This document shows, in pieces, positions 1 to 12,700 of a DNA stretch of 64,000 nt. This stretch comes from Trichoplax adhaerens (taxonomy: Eukaryota; Animalia; Placozoa). Every line of letters begins with the position of its first letter. Position 1 is the stretch's first letter. The notes beneath the pieces were generated by a model. That model worked only from the letters and a program-made list of their open reading frames with translations. It searched no databases and had not been told where the DNA came from. The position numbers and the translations under genes are program-made. Location of the stretch: contig NW_002060949.1 in assembly GCF_000150275.1 (NCBI RefSeq), positions 1,671,836 through 1,735,835 on the forward strand, in the 5' to 3' direction.

Positions 1-650
1 CAGTACAATATCACCATACAGAATTCTCTTCTGATAGTAAACCATATATGAATCGTAGATGGTAAGTCTGAGGATAGAAGAAGCTTCTCTATAAGAGTAT
101 TTGAATCTTATTTGAATTAAGTAGGAATTTGTTCAGTGAATTTATATGTAATGGATGATAATTTACTGAATCTTAGCATTGGTTGACAGCTTACTACTTA
201 GTAACTACTCCGCCGTTTGTCGATGTATGTGTATTATGTCTGCTACAATAATGTAATAATAATAATTTCAAAAGAGGCAGCGAATAAGTGTTAACGCGTT
301 TATAGAAGAAATTTATTATATATTACTGTAATACTAATGCATGGAAGAATAATTTACTAGTGTGGCTCATTATAATTATTATCCTATTACATCTTGAAAG
401 AGATATATGAGATATCTACAATACTCCTACAATTACAGTTGCATCTATGTGTTATTATTATAGAACCTTCAAGATAAATTATTATAATCCTGTTGGCGAT
501 CGAGTTTGTAAAGCGAAATAGTTTCATTTTATAAACTACATGAGACTAGTTCTAATTCGGCATAAATTTAGAATTATATTTGAAATTACGTCGCCGCCTG
601 ATATACCGTTCAAGATCTAAATCGAATTTACAAATCGAAATCTAGATAGA

Positions 651-2505
651 ATGGACATCACAGCTTATCAGGTAACAGAATGTAAGAATTTAGTATTATT
701 TATTAGGATTGCTTGTCTTTTCATCAATATTATCATTAATATCTGATGATTATAACTTCATAGTATAGCTGTTAAATATACTAAATAGAGAGAAATTGCG
801 AAGATAAAAGCCATTAAACTGGAATAAATTCACTACTGAAATGGTTACATAAAAGTTAACTGATTTGATATATGTAATGTATTCGTTTACCGATACTGTT
901 TAGTCCGATTTGTAATGGTATGCATTTTCAACTCTGCTATGTAATCTATCAGTTTCTGGCAGCAGTATCAGCTAAAAACGTATATATATATATACTACGT
1001 AACTAAAACGATATTAGAGAAAACAACATCTTCTCATAAAGAATATCGGTTATTTCCTAGTTAGTATTGTACTACTGTACAATAGTGTGTATTGATCTAG
1101 AATAAAAGGGAAGTATTAATTAATATTATAAGAATTGGTTCATTTATGCAATCAAATTGAAAACAGTGTACGTACAATAGACTTTCAGCTTTAAATCTTT
1201 CGTATTACTATAAAATCAATCGACAGGAAGTACTTAATGGAAAACTTTATCTAGAATTTCTCTTTCCTAATATTATATTTACCAATATGTATTTTGCATC
1301 ACAGATATTAGATAGCTGATGTAATCATCTTATATTGTTAGAAAACAGGTTCTCAAGTACAAGGAAATTCTATTACACAACTAGGATGCGATCTATTAAA
1401 CAAAATAATCCCAAATCAAAATGTCGTTTTCTCACCCTTAAGTATCTTTAGCTGCCTTGCAATGACATATGCTGGGGCTCAAAGTATCACTGCTCAACAA
1501 ATAGAAAATGTATTACATATCGAAAACAACGATCAAATGACTCATGCACTAATAAAAGATGTCTTTCATGATATAAAGAATCGAGAAGATAGACATACAT
1601 GTATATTTAAATTCGCCAATACATTATTCTGTTGTAAACAATGCAGTTTGTTACCGCAATTTCTTAGTTTAGTTGAAGAGTATTACGAAGCTAAACCGCA
1701 AAGTGTAGATTTTACGAACAGCATCAAAACGGCTAAACAAATTAATTCTTGGGTCGAGAAACAGACTTATAACAAAATCAATGGTTTGATTCCAGCATCC
1801 GGTATCAATCCGTTAACAAAGTTAATATTGGTTAATGCATTATATTTCAAAGGCGATTGGAAGCATAAATTTAATAGAGACTTAACAAAGCCAATGGATT
1901 TCAAGATTGATAACAGAAATAAATTCGAAGTTCAAATGATGTCGATAACGAAAAATTTCAATTATATGGAAGATACAGATATAGGATTACAAATGGTAGA
2001 ATTACCTTATATCTGTAACAATTTAAGTATGTATATTTTATTACCTAAATCTGTCAATGGTATAGATTCACTTTGCAAAGAAATGAATAGCAAAACTATA
2101 GTGAAGTGGGTATCAAAGATGTCTCGAGACTATAAAGTAAATCTATCATTGCCACGATTTAAAATGACGTATCAAACCGCATTATCTGATTTATTACGAA
2201 ATTTAGGAATGATTGATGCATTTGATAACAAGAATGCAGATTTTAGTAAGATGTGTAGCGATAACGATCTTTACATTACGGAGATTTTTCATAAAGTATT
2301 CATAGAGGTAAATGAAAGAGGTACGGAAGCAGCCGCAGCTACTGGAGCTGTAGCAAGATACAAAACAAGATCTAAACGACCTCCACTCATTAAAGTGATG
2401 ACAGTAGATCATCCATTCGTATTTATGATGTATCATAAATCGAGCGGATCAACATTATTCTTAGGTAAAATGTATAATCCAGCAATAAACCCTTCAGTTA
2501 GGTAA
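651..2505 (+). CDS. Serpin, intracellular (ov-serpin-like), predicted inhibitory
   Basis: ORF 1462-2505 extends upstream in frame to an acceptor (ttgttag|1342), giving KTGSQ...NVVFSPLSIFSCLAM. Also has LVNALYFKGDW, hinge EVNERGTEAAAATG and DHPFVF. A tentative first exon is 651-671 (MDITAYQ|gtaaca, phase 0). No signal peptide seen. Confidence 0.93.
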
Positions 2506-3619
2506 CTGAAATTATTTACTAAGGTTTTTACATATTTTCATATAGTGTAAATACGATATCTACGCTGCTTCAATCGAATTTGTGATGCAAATTATCATGC
2601 TTAGAAATTACTTGCTGGGCTTAATAAAATTTAAAGAAATAAAAGTATTATCTTTAGTAACAAAAAGCGCTTTAGAAGTGACTCGTATATAGCTACGAAT
2701 ACGTTGGCCAAAGCTTATCTGTTTCAGTATATAATTTTTAATTGCTGGATTGCAACGTGATAAGAAGAGTAAATACGGCCAAATACTACAAAGTTACATC
2801 AATTTAGATGGCTTTAAGCTTAAAAAGTACCATAACAGCAGTTAGACATTATCTTTTTGATTAACATAATTTTATTTTCAGCCTATAATAGATCATTATA
2901 TGACCAGAGTTAGATTGATACTAATAATAAAACGCGAAGAGTATCATGACGCCAGTATTAACATATTAGTAGCGATTCTAAAATGCTTATATCAAAAATA
3001 AAATTGTTCTAAAGCAAATGCTACAAGATACTCATAAAATGTTAGTTTAATCACTGAAACAGAAGTTTACAGCTATGTCTATGAAGCACAAAGAATCAAA
3101 TTTCCTATTATGTGAAGGATTAGAGCATTATAGACGCAAGAGCGAGGCCTTGCTCTTTATCCTAAACTGATTAGAAAATTAAGAAGAATTACTGCATACA
3201 CATAATTTTATACTGGTATTAATTATATAATTGTTGTATACGAAGATATGATAATGTAATACTATTTGTAAATAATCTTTCAACGTGGAATGCTGTCGGT
3301 ATTTGAAGTAACATAATAAAATTTTAAGCAGTTATGATATCGAATTAATGTACATTAAAATTCGCGAGTACAAGCAATAGAATTTTAGGTACTGTGCTTA
3401 GGCATATTAGATGTAGCCCAAGACCTAAATAAGTAAGACAAGAATAATAGTAATAAAGAAAATATGAGCTAAGTTAAACTAAGAGATTTTTGAGCAATTT
3501 TAAAATATCTGCTAACATTTGTTAATATATATCAATATCTTTTATACAGTAAACGTAATCAGTTGTGAAATATTCGCATTAAGGCATATCATTAAGTATA
3601 AGTAATTTAATTTTGTATA

Positions 3620-5134
3620 TTATTCATTGTCTTGTTTTTCAGTGACGTCCTTATCACTCATGAGTTGCTGCTTAGCTCGCCTGATTTTTTTTGCTCTTTG
3701 GTCCTTTTCTCGAAAACTCTTACGCAATGACTCTAATTGAGTTTTCCTATTTTCTGCAGATTGTTCCAACCTGCCTAATTTTTCTTGAGTATCTTTGGTT
3801 TGTTTTTCAGCAAATTTTTGTAAGGCATCTTGTACTTTCTTTTCACGTTCTTTATATGCCGTTGCTTTAGCAATTAGTTGTTCTTCATGATGCTATATTA
3901 TAAAATGAGTGAAAGATATTCTTAGCATAGATACCGGTAGGAATGCAACTCCATTAGTAATTTATCGATAATATTTTAAATTGCGAGAGATGTATAATTT
4001 GATAAAGAAGTATAAGTATGATTTTGATAATTTATACTGTAATGAACGAGATAACTAACCTTGCGTCTTTGCATTGCAGCTTTCTGTTTGGCCTCAAGCT
4101 CTTGTTTAGTAGTCTCTTTTCGCTTAAGTTTACTTTTTTCCAAAGTAGGAAGCTGATTTGGGCGTCTTTTCTTATTATTAGTTTCAGGCGCTAGAATTAT
4201 ATCAAACGCCATTCCTCCTTTATTAGGCATGGATTGTTTTTGATTTGAGTTGGGTTTTTCAGTTGAGATAAGAGAATTGTACCGTTTAATTTCCGGCAAA
4301 ACACTTTTAGTGCCAGCAGATTTGTGCTTTTTAAAAGTAGATCCATTTATAATAAGTTCTACAATTATAAAATAATGAAAAGTGAATATTTAGAATAGAT
4401 AATTTTAATAATTTTATATGATACTATAACACTATACAGTGTACAGTCTGTACATATGGTAATGATATAGTTTATGATTTTGTCGTAATGTTCACTTTAA
4501 AAGTATCGCATAGCAAGGCAATTACAATTTAAGAAATTTTAATTTAGTAGCTGAATAAAACTTAATAGAAGGGTTGCCAATTGTACAATCAACTCTTAAT
4601 CACATGTATTAACCATATTTGCGTTATTTTAAAGCTGGAGCAATTTTTCTTCATTATCGTACAATATATAGCACTGCATGTCCATGGAAATCATTGAGTT
4701 GAAGAATTGGTAATTTAAAGTTTGTTAATCACATATTCATTTACCTGGTGTAGACGGTCGAATTTCTAGCTCTTTCGCAGTCTTTTCGCTTAACTCAGTC
4801 TTTTCTGTAATAATTTGCTTATCATCCTCGTAGTCTCTAAACCGCTATCGTTAGATTTGGCTGATTGTCCTCGCTTGACGCACTTAGAGCTGTCATTTAG
4901 TGATGTTTGACTACCCTTTCCGATATTTTTGAGATTTTCACATGATGATTTATCACTTCCACATGAATCTTTCAATGAATCTCGACTTAATTTGCGATGT
5001 TTCTTCTCGATTTTGTTATCGTTGATGTGATGATTAGCTTCTTTTGGGTTGAATGTAGTGATTTTGGTATCCTTTTGAGGAATTTCAGCAGGTGCAACGA
5101 CATTTTTTGCAGCTCTAGAAGATCCACAGCCCAT
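3620..5134 (-). CDS. STMND1: Stathmin-domain protein, STMND1-like (3 exons; apparent 1-nt frameshift near 4836)
   Basis: N-terminal MGCGSS acylation motif. Exons 5134-4745, 4358-4060 and 3892-3620 with GT-AG ends. Stathmin motif GGMAFDIILAP, then a coiled coil ELEAKQKAAMQRRK/HHEEQLIAK...SAENRKTQLESLRKSFREKD. RPSTP|ELII joins exons 1 and 2 only in the shifted frame. Confidence 0.8.
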
Positions 5135-5933
5135 GATGATACACTATCGAGTTCAATAAAACTGGAGTAGATTCTTTAAGCAACAAGTGAGAATGATGCC
5201 AAGGTAACGCAAATATAACCAGCCTCCTTGTAAAGTATGTGATTGAAGAGATTACTTAATGGACGCCTATCTACGGTAGAATATATCCTGACTTTTAATG
5301 ATGATCAGAGACTAGGATAGGAATACTATTAATTTGTTCGCAAAATTATGAACAAGGATTCTATCTTTTAGGCAGAAATGTTGGAAATCAATTACGGTAG
5401 TTAGCTACAGGGGCTTAGTAAATTTTACAATTGAATGTGATGAGCCGCTAACCTTTAAAACTTCTATAAAGTATGGAATATTTACAATACCAGTAGTATG
5501 AAAGAGTCGATTCATCGGAGAGGTATATTTACGTCTCCTAGGCAACAGCATCGATCATCAATAGCTGATTTATCCATGACCCTTTTATCCATGGACAGAT
5601 GATACATCCAGACAGATATTTTTGGCTCATTCGATTAATTACCATGGCAATTTCAGTACAGTGTTTGTGCATAGTATAGTATGTTGTCTCTCTCTCTATA
5701 TATACAGAGCATTACTGTACACTCGCTGACCGTAGTTAGCTTAAAAAGGTGGCAAGGCCTGTAAAATGAAGATTTTGTATAAAGAGAATCTGTTTATTTT
5801 TCTGTGCTGCCGTGTACATACTGGGACAGTTAGCATAGCTATTCATTGTATTATCCACAATTATCACTTTATTCCCTTTCTGTTTTGCTCACGCTTTACG
5901 AGTTGTTTATACAGCTAATATCTATAGTATTTT

Positions 5934-6068
5934 ATAGATAAGGTAAAATGGCATCATTTAAAGTATTTTATACATAAGATAAAATGGCATCATTTAAAGT
6001 ATTTTATACATAAGGTACAGTGGCATCATTTAAGTATTTTATAGATAAGGTAAAATGGCATCATTTAA
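5934..6068. repeat. Minisatellite, ~33-bp unit x4
   Basis: Repeated (a)ta(g/c)ataaggtaaaatggcatcatttaa(a)gtatttt. Confidence 0.9.
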
Positions 6069-6839
6069 GAGAGTGCACTCGAGTGGCCGAGTTTATTCAA
6101 CTTTACAGTATACGTATATCACTACTGCAGTCCACTTCATCTATTGATGTCGCCTATGTTGTGTCAAGCATGACGATGATTTACGTTATTTAAGTTTAGT
6201 AATAGTAATTGTAATGAATTAAGCAAAGCATGCACCCCCGTTGTACAAGCTGGTACAAAGCAGTTTACTATTGACTGATTGCTTTTCAGGTGATGTTGCC
6301 TTTTTTACAATACACTAGCGTTAGTGAATAACAAAACTCTAGCGTAATTCACCACAGTGGTTACTGCTTATGTGAGCTTACATGAGCAGTTTAACTAGTA
6401 CAGTACTGTACGTCTTTAATTTGATTTTAAATACTTGAACTAGGAAAAAATGTAGCTAAAACCAACGTGCAAATACAATAGTTTATACCGATATCTAGCA
6501 ATCCATTTCATTCCTACTTTTACTAAAACATACGACACGAAAATAACATTGCTGTCCTGTCCTGTGGATATTCTTCCTGATGGAAGACAGTATAAATCTC
6601 TAGTAATAATGACGTCGCCTTATATAGAATACTTTTTAATGAATTAATTCATGATCATGTCATTTGATATGCAGTATGTACACAAAATGATTGTACAGCC
6701 GCAGTCTTTTAACAGGAAATAAATTCTAGAAAGAGTATAGCAAAAGTGGCCTTGACCTCATCATCAGTACACTTGTTTGCTCGCATTGGACTGATTAAAT
6801 TAATTCTTGAATGAATTAATTAATTATAGTTTACTCGCA

Positions 6840-7070
6840 TTATTACTGTGTCCGTTCTCTCGTACTCTACTGTACCGTACGCTACACACTCATGTGCTGT
6901 AGTACGATTATGTACAGGAATAACAGTACTGCAGCACATGAGTGTGTGTGTACTGTACAGAACACAGTACTTTGTACACTGTACTATAGTACAGTACTGT
7001 AGTGGAGATTCCAGGGTCTACGCTGTAGACGGTCAAAATCTGTACTGTATCATGCTGTATCATGAGTCAG
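6840..7070. promoter_or_regulatory. Putative BLCAP promoter region: TACAGTA/TACTGTA-rich tract, inverted repeat, TGAGTCA site
   Basis: Dense CAGTAC/TACTGT words. Inverted repeat 6884-6905 / 6926-6947. AP-1-like TGAGTCA at 7063-7069. Lies ~110-340 bp upstream of the ATG at 7178. Confidence 0.45.
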
Positions 7071-7177
7071 CGCCATTGATTTGAGCAAGACATGGCACTA
7101 ACGGTATTTCAGCAATTTGCTACAACGTTCAATTAATAATATCTAATTTTGATAGTTTATTAGACAAGATATCGACA

Positions 7178-7405
7178 ATGTATTGCTTGCAATGGTTAAT
7201 ACCGTTATTACTCATTCCTAAGCCACTTCACCCTATTCTTCGATTCAATCATTCTATGGTGATGGTCTTATTTTTAACCGGATTTCTGCTGGAAAGAAGG
7301 CCGTGTGTAATATGTACAGCCATCTTTGTCGTTGCATTAGCTTTAATTTGTAATAGTGGAATGTGCAGTTGCTTCTTCTTTACTGATGAATGCCATCTTG
7401 AATGA
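7178..7405 (+). CDS. BLCAP: Bladder cancer-associated protein (BC10 family), single coding exon
   Basis: [16 protein letters not shown]...[11 protein letters not shown] closely matches the BLCAP signature MYCLQWLLPVLLIPKP...FLLERKPCTIC. Confidence 0.96.
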   Translation: MYCLQWLIPLLLIPKPLHPILRFNHSMVMVLFLTGFLLERRPCVICTAIFVVALALICNSGMCSCFFFTDECHLE

Positions 7406-9732
7406 TGTTCTTCTTGTTGTTGTCTACTCTATCAGTGAGTTATATAGGATAAATTAAGAAAGTTTCAGACTAAACTAAAGTAAACTTTACCATCTATCAA
7501 TTCAAACCAATTACAATCGGTTGTAAATTGGAATTGATTGAATAATAACGACAGTAGCTACAGTACAAACAGCCAATGTGGCTATTCTACACTTTCCAAC
7601 ACTTTTCCATAGTATGCAATCGTAGACTATGAATACATCTACAGGATGGCAATCAATATAACAATTCCATCTTTTCAATTCTACTCTGTATATACTCAAA
7701 AAGCTCGGTTGTGTATTTTCACTCCTGGCAATAGACGATACGTCGATTCCAAATTTCAGTACTAAACCTTCCTGGTGCAGTTACTGGCCAATGAATGATT
7801 CTTCAAGATACTGAATACTTGCCGAACGTATAAATAACGTAATTATTATAAGTTAATAGTGATAGCCTTATCCATAACTTATCACCAAGATCTGGTCGTT
7901 GAGCAACATTGCAAGAGTTAACAAGAAAATGTTAAGCTACGGAGTCAATGAGAGTCTTACACGATTGCGACAACAGCCGTGATGGTATCTCTCTTACAGT
8001 TGCAGCTATGGGCATGCGATTGAACGATCACGATGACAACTCCTTTTGTATGGGCTTACATGTATTACAAATCTCTATTAATTAATTGTGTCAAGATTAA
8101 TTCTAACTATTCAAAATTTTCAATATTAAAATTAACTGACTGATCAATTAATTCTTTCCGAAAGTCTGCTAGTTTCACACGGCACTGTCTGTCATCATTT
8201 GCCACTCTGTAACATAATCAATATAATATTGACCCTCATTTTAGCAAGGCTACCGTTTCTCACTAGCATACATGATCACCTAATTTCTAAGAAAAATGAC
8301 GTAAGGATATTGTAGACGTGTATAACTTTTACAGAACATTAAATTTTTAGGATGATTTTCAATTTTCTACCAAGTACTTACGCTATTCTAATATGGTATG
8401 GATTATGAACTTTCTGAGAGCTTAACTTGTAGATATCATATTGCTACATTTATTCTATATAATTATTAACACTGTTGTACAGGCTCTGTACAACAGTGTA
8501 AGATTCAATTATAAAATTACTAAAAAAGAAATAGAACCAGAGATCTTACTATTAATCTACTGTATTTTTATTATAACACAAGGATAGCATCGCCTATTTT
8601 ATCATGTATGTCCGTATGTCCATTAGCACTTACTGACTATGTCTAATGATATTGGTTTCAACATATCAATCTTTTTATTAAAATTATATCAGCTTTACTA
8701 TTCTATGTGATAATTTGAACGTCATGACTGTGTGACGATAATTATTACTTATTAGATTAAAAATAACAGCATAACAGTTTCAGAATTTTCAATGCCACAA
8801 TACTTGTTACTGCATAATGAACTGAAAATGTTTTGAAAATATTATATTTGATTCTGGATATAATTTCTACCATTTGTAATACTCGTATCTTGTTGCAATT
8901 TCTAGATCTATAAATAATCTGTAAAAGTACAATCCAGGTCACATACTCCATTTCAATACAGTAAATTGCAAAATTCAACCAAAACCTCCTGATATTATCA
9001 TATCATTGGTATTCTACTATAATCCTTGCTGTTCATTAATCTAATACTGTAGTATTTTAACACAACAATATTTGCTATAATAACGCCGTTGATACCTATT
9101 CGGATTATAAATGCTTTCTTTCAGTATAAAAGCTTACATTTTGAAATTTTATTTTATTAGTAATGTAAGCTAAACTATTAATGCTCTTAAAATCTTAATC
9201 TTAATTTTATGAAGTACAAATATGCAGTAACTGTTGGACCAACAAATTTCGTGAATGTAAAGTTTTATAATGATATGATACATTACAAAGATATTCGGAT
9301 TATTATTATCACTGCTAGTAAAATCTTAAAGTACCGGCGTACCTACTGTATTCACCTACAATCTTGATTCCTTAACGGAATAGACATTCTGCTATCAGAC
9401 ATGAGAACTATACTATAAAAGCGGGGATTATCAATACTAAGTAATGATGTAATATTAGAGTATTTACATGAATACGAGTTAAAAGGAAGAAATTAGCAAT
9501 TGTAAAAATACAAAGCAAAAGCAATTTACAGATGAGTGCATTACAGTACACTACGGTACAATAAGATTGGTATGACCTCAGTTAAGGAGAATATAATACA
9601 AAAGTTAAACTATAGTTAATTTAACTTGCAAAATATAAGGTAATCCTAGCCACTTTCTATTAAATTACAAGCTGAAAATGGATTCTGTTTCAATAAACGC
9701 TTAATCTTAAACCGTGGATGTCTAAGTATCAA

Positions 9733-12700
9733 TCATAACTGTTGAATCTTGTTATCCAACGTGGTGTAGAACTCTGACAGTATATTTTCTCTTTTTTCGT
9801 CCGTATACTTCAAAACAGCTTTAGCAAAACTGATATCATCATCAAACTGAAAGAATTGTGCCATTTCACTAAACTGTTTTTTTCTAATAGCGATTGGTGT
9901 ACTTCCTATTATAACATGTGTATCCATTTCCTGATCTACGTTTTCCAAAAATTGTTTCGCTTTCTGTTTGCGGCTGGATTTTCGATCTGATTCCACTGCA
10001 GTCTCTTGCTTTTCTAGTAAATTTTCTTCCGATTCAGTTTGTACAGAATCATATTTTACGTTATTTTTCGAACATTTTGTTATTTGATGGGCTTTTGTCT
10101 TGCTAGTACTAGGGACCGGGTCAGCTTCTTTATTACAGTCCTCAAACTTTTTTTTCTTATCTTTTTGAGAATCACCAAGATCGTCACTTTCTTCTCCAGG
10201 CTGGATTCAAAGAACATATTGGAATTAATTAATAACTAGCTAATGATCATACAGTTGGGTAACATCATCTGATTATTACTTACATCAAGTAAATTTGCAG
10301 GTTGTTGAGAAAACTGATGTTTAACATAGACATCTCGAATAGCATTTGAAGTCATACGTTGTTCTGCTTTGCTTGATCCAATGACCTTTTTATTTGAATG
10401 ACAATATTCAACGGATAGTCCAAGATCTATAGCGATATAATAAATTTAAGTCTTACAGCTAGACGAATAATTACGATAAATAATGCAAGAACCTTTCAAA
10501 CTGTCGACACTGTCTGCTTGATCACTACTTTCAGGCCAATTCCTGTTATTATTTTTGTTTAACGTATATTTTTCCTGGTCAGTTTGATTATTCTTAGATT
10601 GCTTCCCTTCAACCGCTTTTACATTAAAAAAATTGCAATATAGTTAGTTAATACTATTGTCTCAACTACTAATATCTTAAAAATGAAAGAATAGTGAATA
10701 CTATATAAAGTTATTAGATCAAATGCCAAGTACCATTCGAAGTTGTAGTATTCTCGATTTCAGGTTCAACATACTGCGAAGCGATTTCTTCTAGACCAGG
10801 AACGTCATCATCGTCGAATTTCTTGGTATCCATATTTTGTTCTTTCTGAATAATTTTCAATGCGGTGAAATAATGAAATTAGAAAAATTTACAAATTCAA
10901 ATATCAACAAGCCAAAACTCCTAAAACAGATTGCTGTACTTGTGAAAGTGTTTACAGTCGCTAATTCATAGCTAGAGGCTTTATAATCCTACCTCAGATG
11001 TCTTAATTTGTTCTTCAGTATTTTCCTTCCTGCAAAGTATAACATCATGCCGCATAACCATTACTAAAGACTATATCCAATTTATTTGAGAAGTCTCGAT
11101 AGTGCACCTACTCGTTACTCCTACTTTCGTACTTAGCCATTCTAAGTCCAGCTTCGACTTGCTGGGTTCTCTAAAATAAAATGAGAATACATTCCAAAAC
11201 ATATATCTATGACTGCTTGCATTGTAGCTATCTTGCTATTACAATATCTAACCTTAATTATGTCCTCTGCTAGACTGACTCCTCGTCGTCGTAATGAAAA
11301 TAAATTTTCGATGCCAAAAAGTTCACCATGTTGCTCTTTGTCGTCAGCTACGCCCGTAAAATAGCGACGTTCTTTGCTATTTTGCATTGCAACGTTAGCG
11401 AGTTGCTGTGAGTAGACAAGCAAATTGTAATATACTTATTCATTTATATGCACGTGATTTGCACCGAAATGATTCTAAATGATGCAAAAATCTTATTACC
11501 AGTTTATAAATTTGCCTTAAGTACATGACCTCTTCTATTGTTCCGGAAGTTATTAATCGATATACACGAACATCGCAACGTTGCCCAATACGATATGCTC
11601 TGTAATTAATTAATTAGGTAGCTATATTGGTGGCTCGCTATAAGAATAGATAATAAATTACACGAAATAACCAAAATTTTACCGATCTTGCGCTTGTAAA
11701 TCATGAGCAGGATTCCAATTTGGATCAAATATCAATACAGAATTGGCACCAGTAAAATTTAAACCTAGACTTCCCGCCCTATTAGATGATTATGCATTAT
11801 TGTTAATTAAAATAAAAGTTAAAGAGCGACTTTACAATTACAGTACTGCATAATAGAAAAGAATGTTGTACTGTACTTAGTAGAAATCAGGCACAATGAA
11901 ATTTGAGGATCGTTATTGAACTTTCTAACTATATCAGCTCGTTGTTCAATTCTAGTATTTCCATCCAGTCTACAATAATTGATGCCTTTGCACATGATGT
12001 AAGTCTCTAAAATGTTAAGCAACTGTACAGAGTATTTATAAAGTACAAGTATTAGATAATGATGCGTGTTTTTATTAATTTTTATGGGCGCTAAATATGA
12101 TGGAGCTTAAGTGTCAATCCATACCTGCACAGAATACGAAAATAACAGCACTTTGCTTCCGTCCTTCTTGAACTTAATAAGTAAGGCTTCTAAGGCCTTG
12201 CATAACAAAATAGAGAATAATTTAATCTTTTACATAAGCAGTGATCAAGGTTTAGCAATCTGAGTAATTAAGGCTCCATAAATCAACCTTCATTTTTCCA
12301 CAGTATAGAGGATCTGATAGCGTTAATAAAGAGGCATTTGAGGATATAGATTTAAACTGTGGAAAATTGGAGTACATTCGAACGCAAATTTCTCTAGCCT
12401 AGGTAATAAATTTTATCACCAGAACGAACATAGTATCAGAATATATATTAATTATAAACTTTTGGATATACCAGATAATATGCGAAATAGTAATTATTGT
12501 TAACCTTATTACGTTGTTCCTCAGATTGATTTGAATTAGGTAGTAACAAGGCAACGTGATTTGCAACTTTAAGAAATAACTGCAAGTACTGCATTAGTAG
12601 AGAATTTATTTTTTCTCCCTTGATATTTGTCTATTAAAAAAGTAAAAGTTTTTATTATCAAAATACGACATTGAGGCAAGAGTCCACTTTTCAGGACGCT

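Noticed and set aside
6848-7084. 78-aa ORF (and the similar 64-aa ORF at 19964-20158)
   Set aside because: Non-ATG starts; translation of low-complexity TACAGT promoter tracts.
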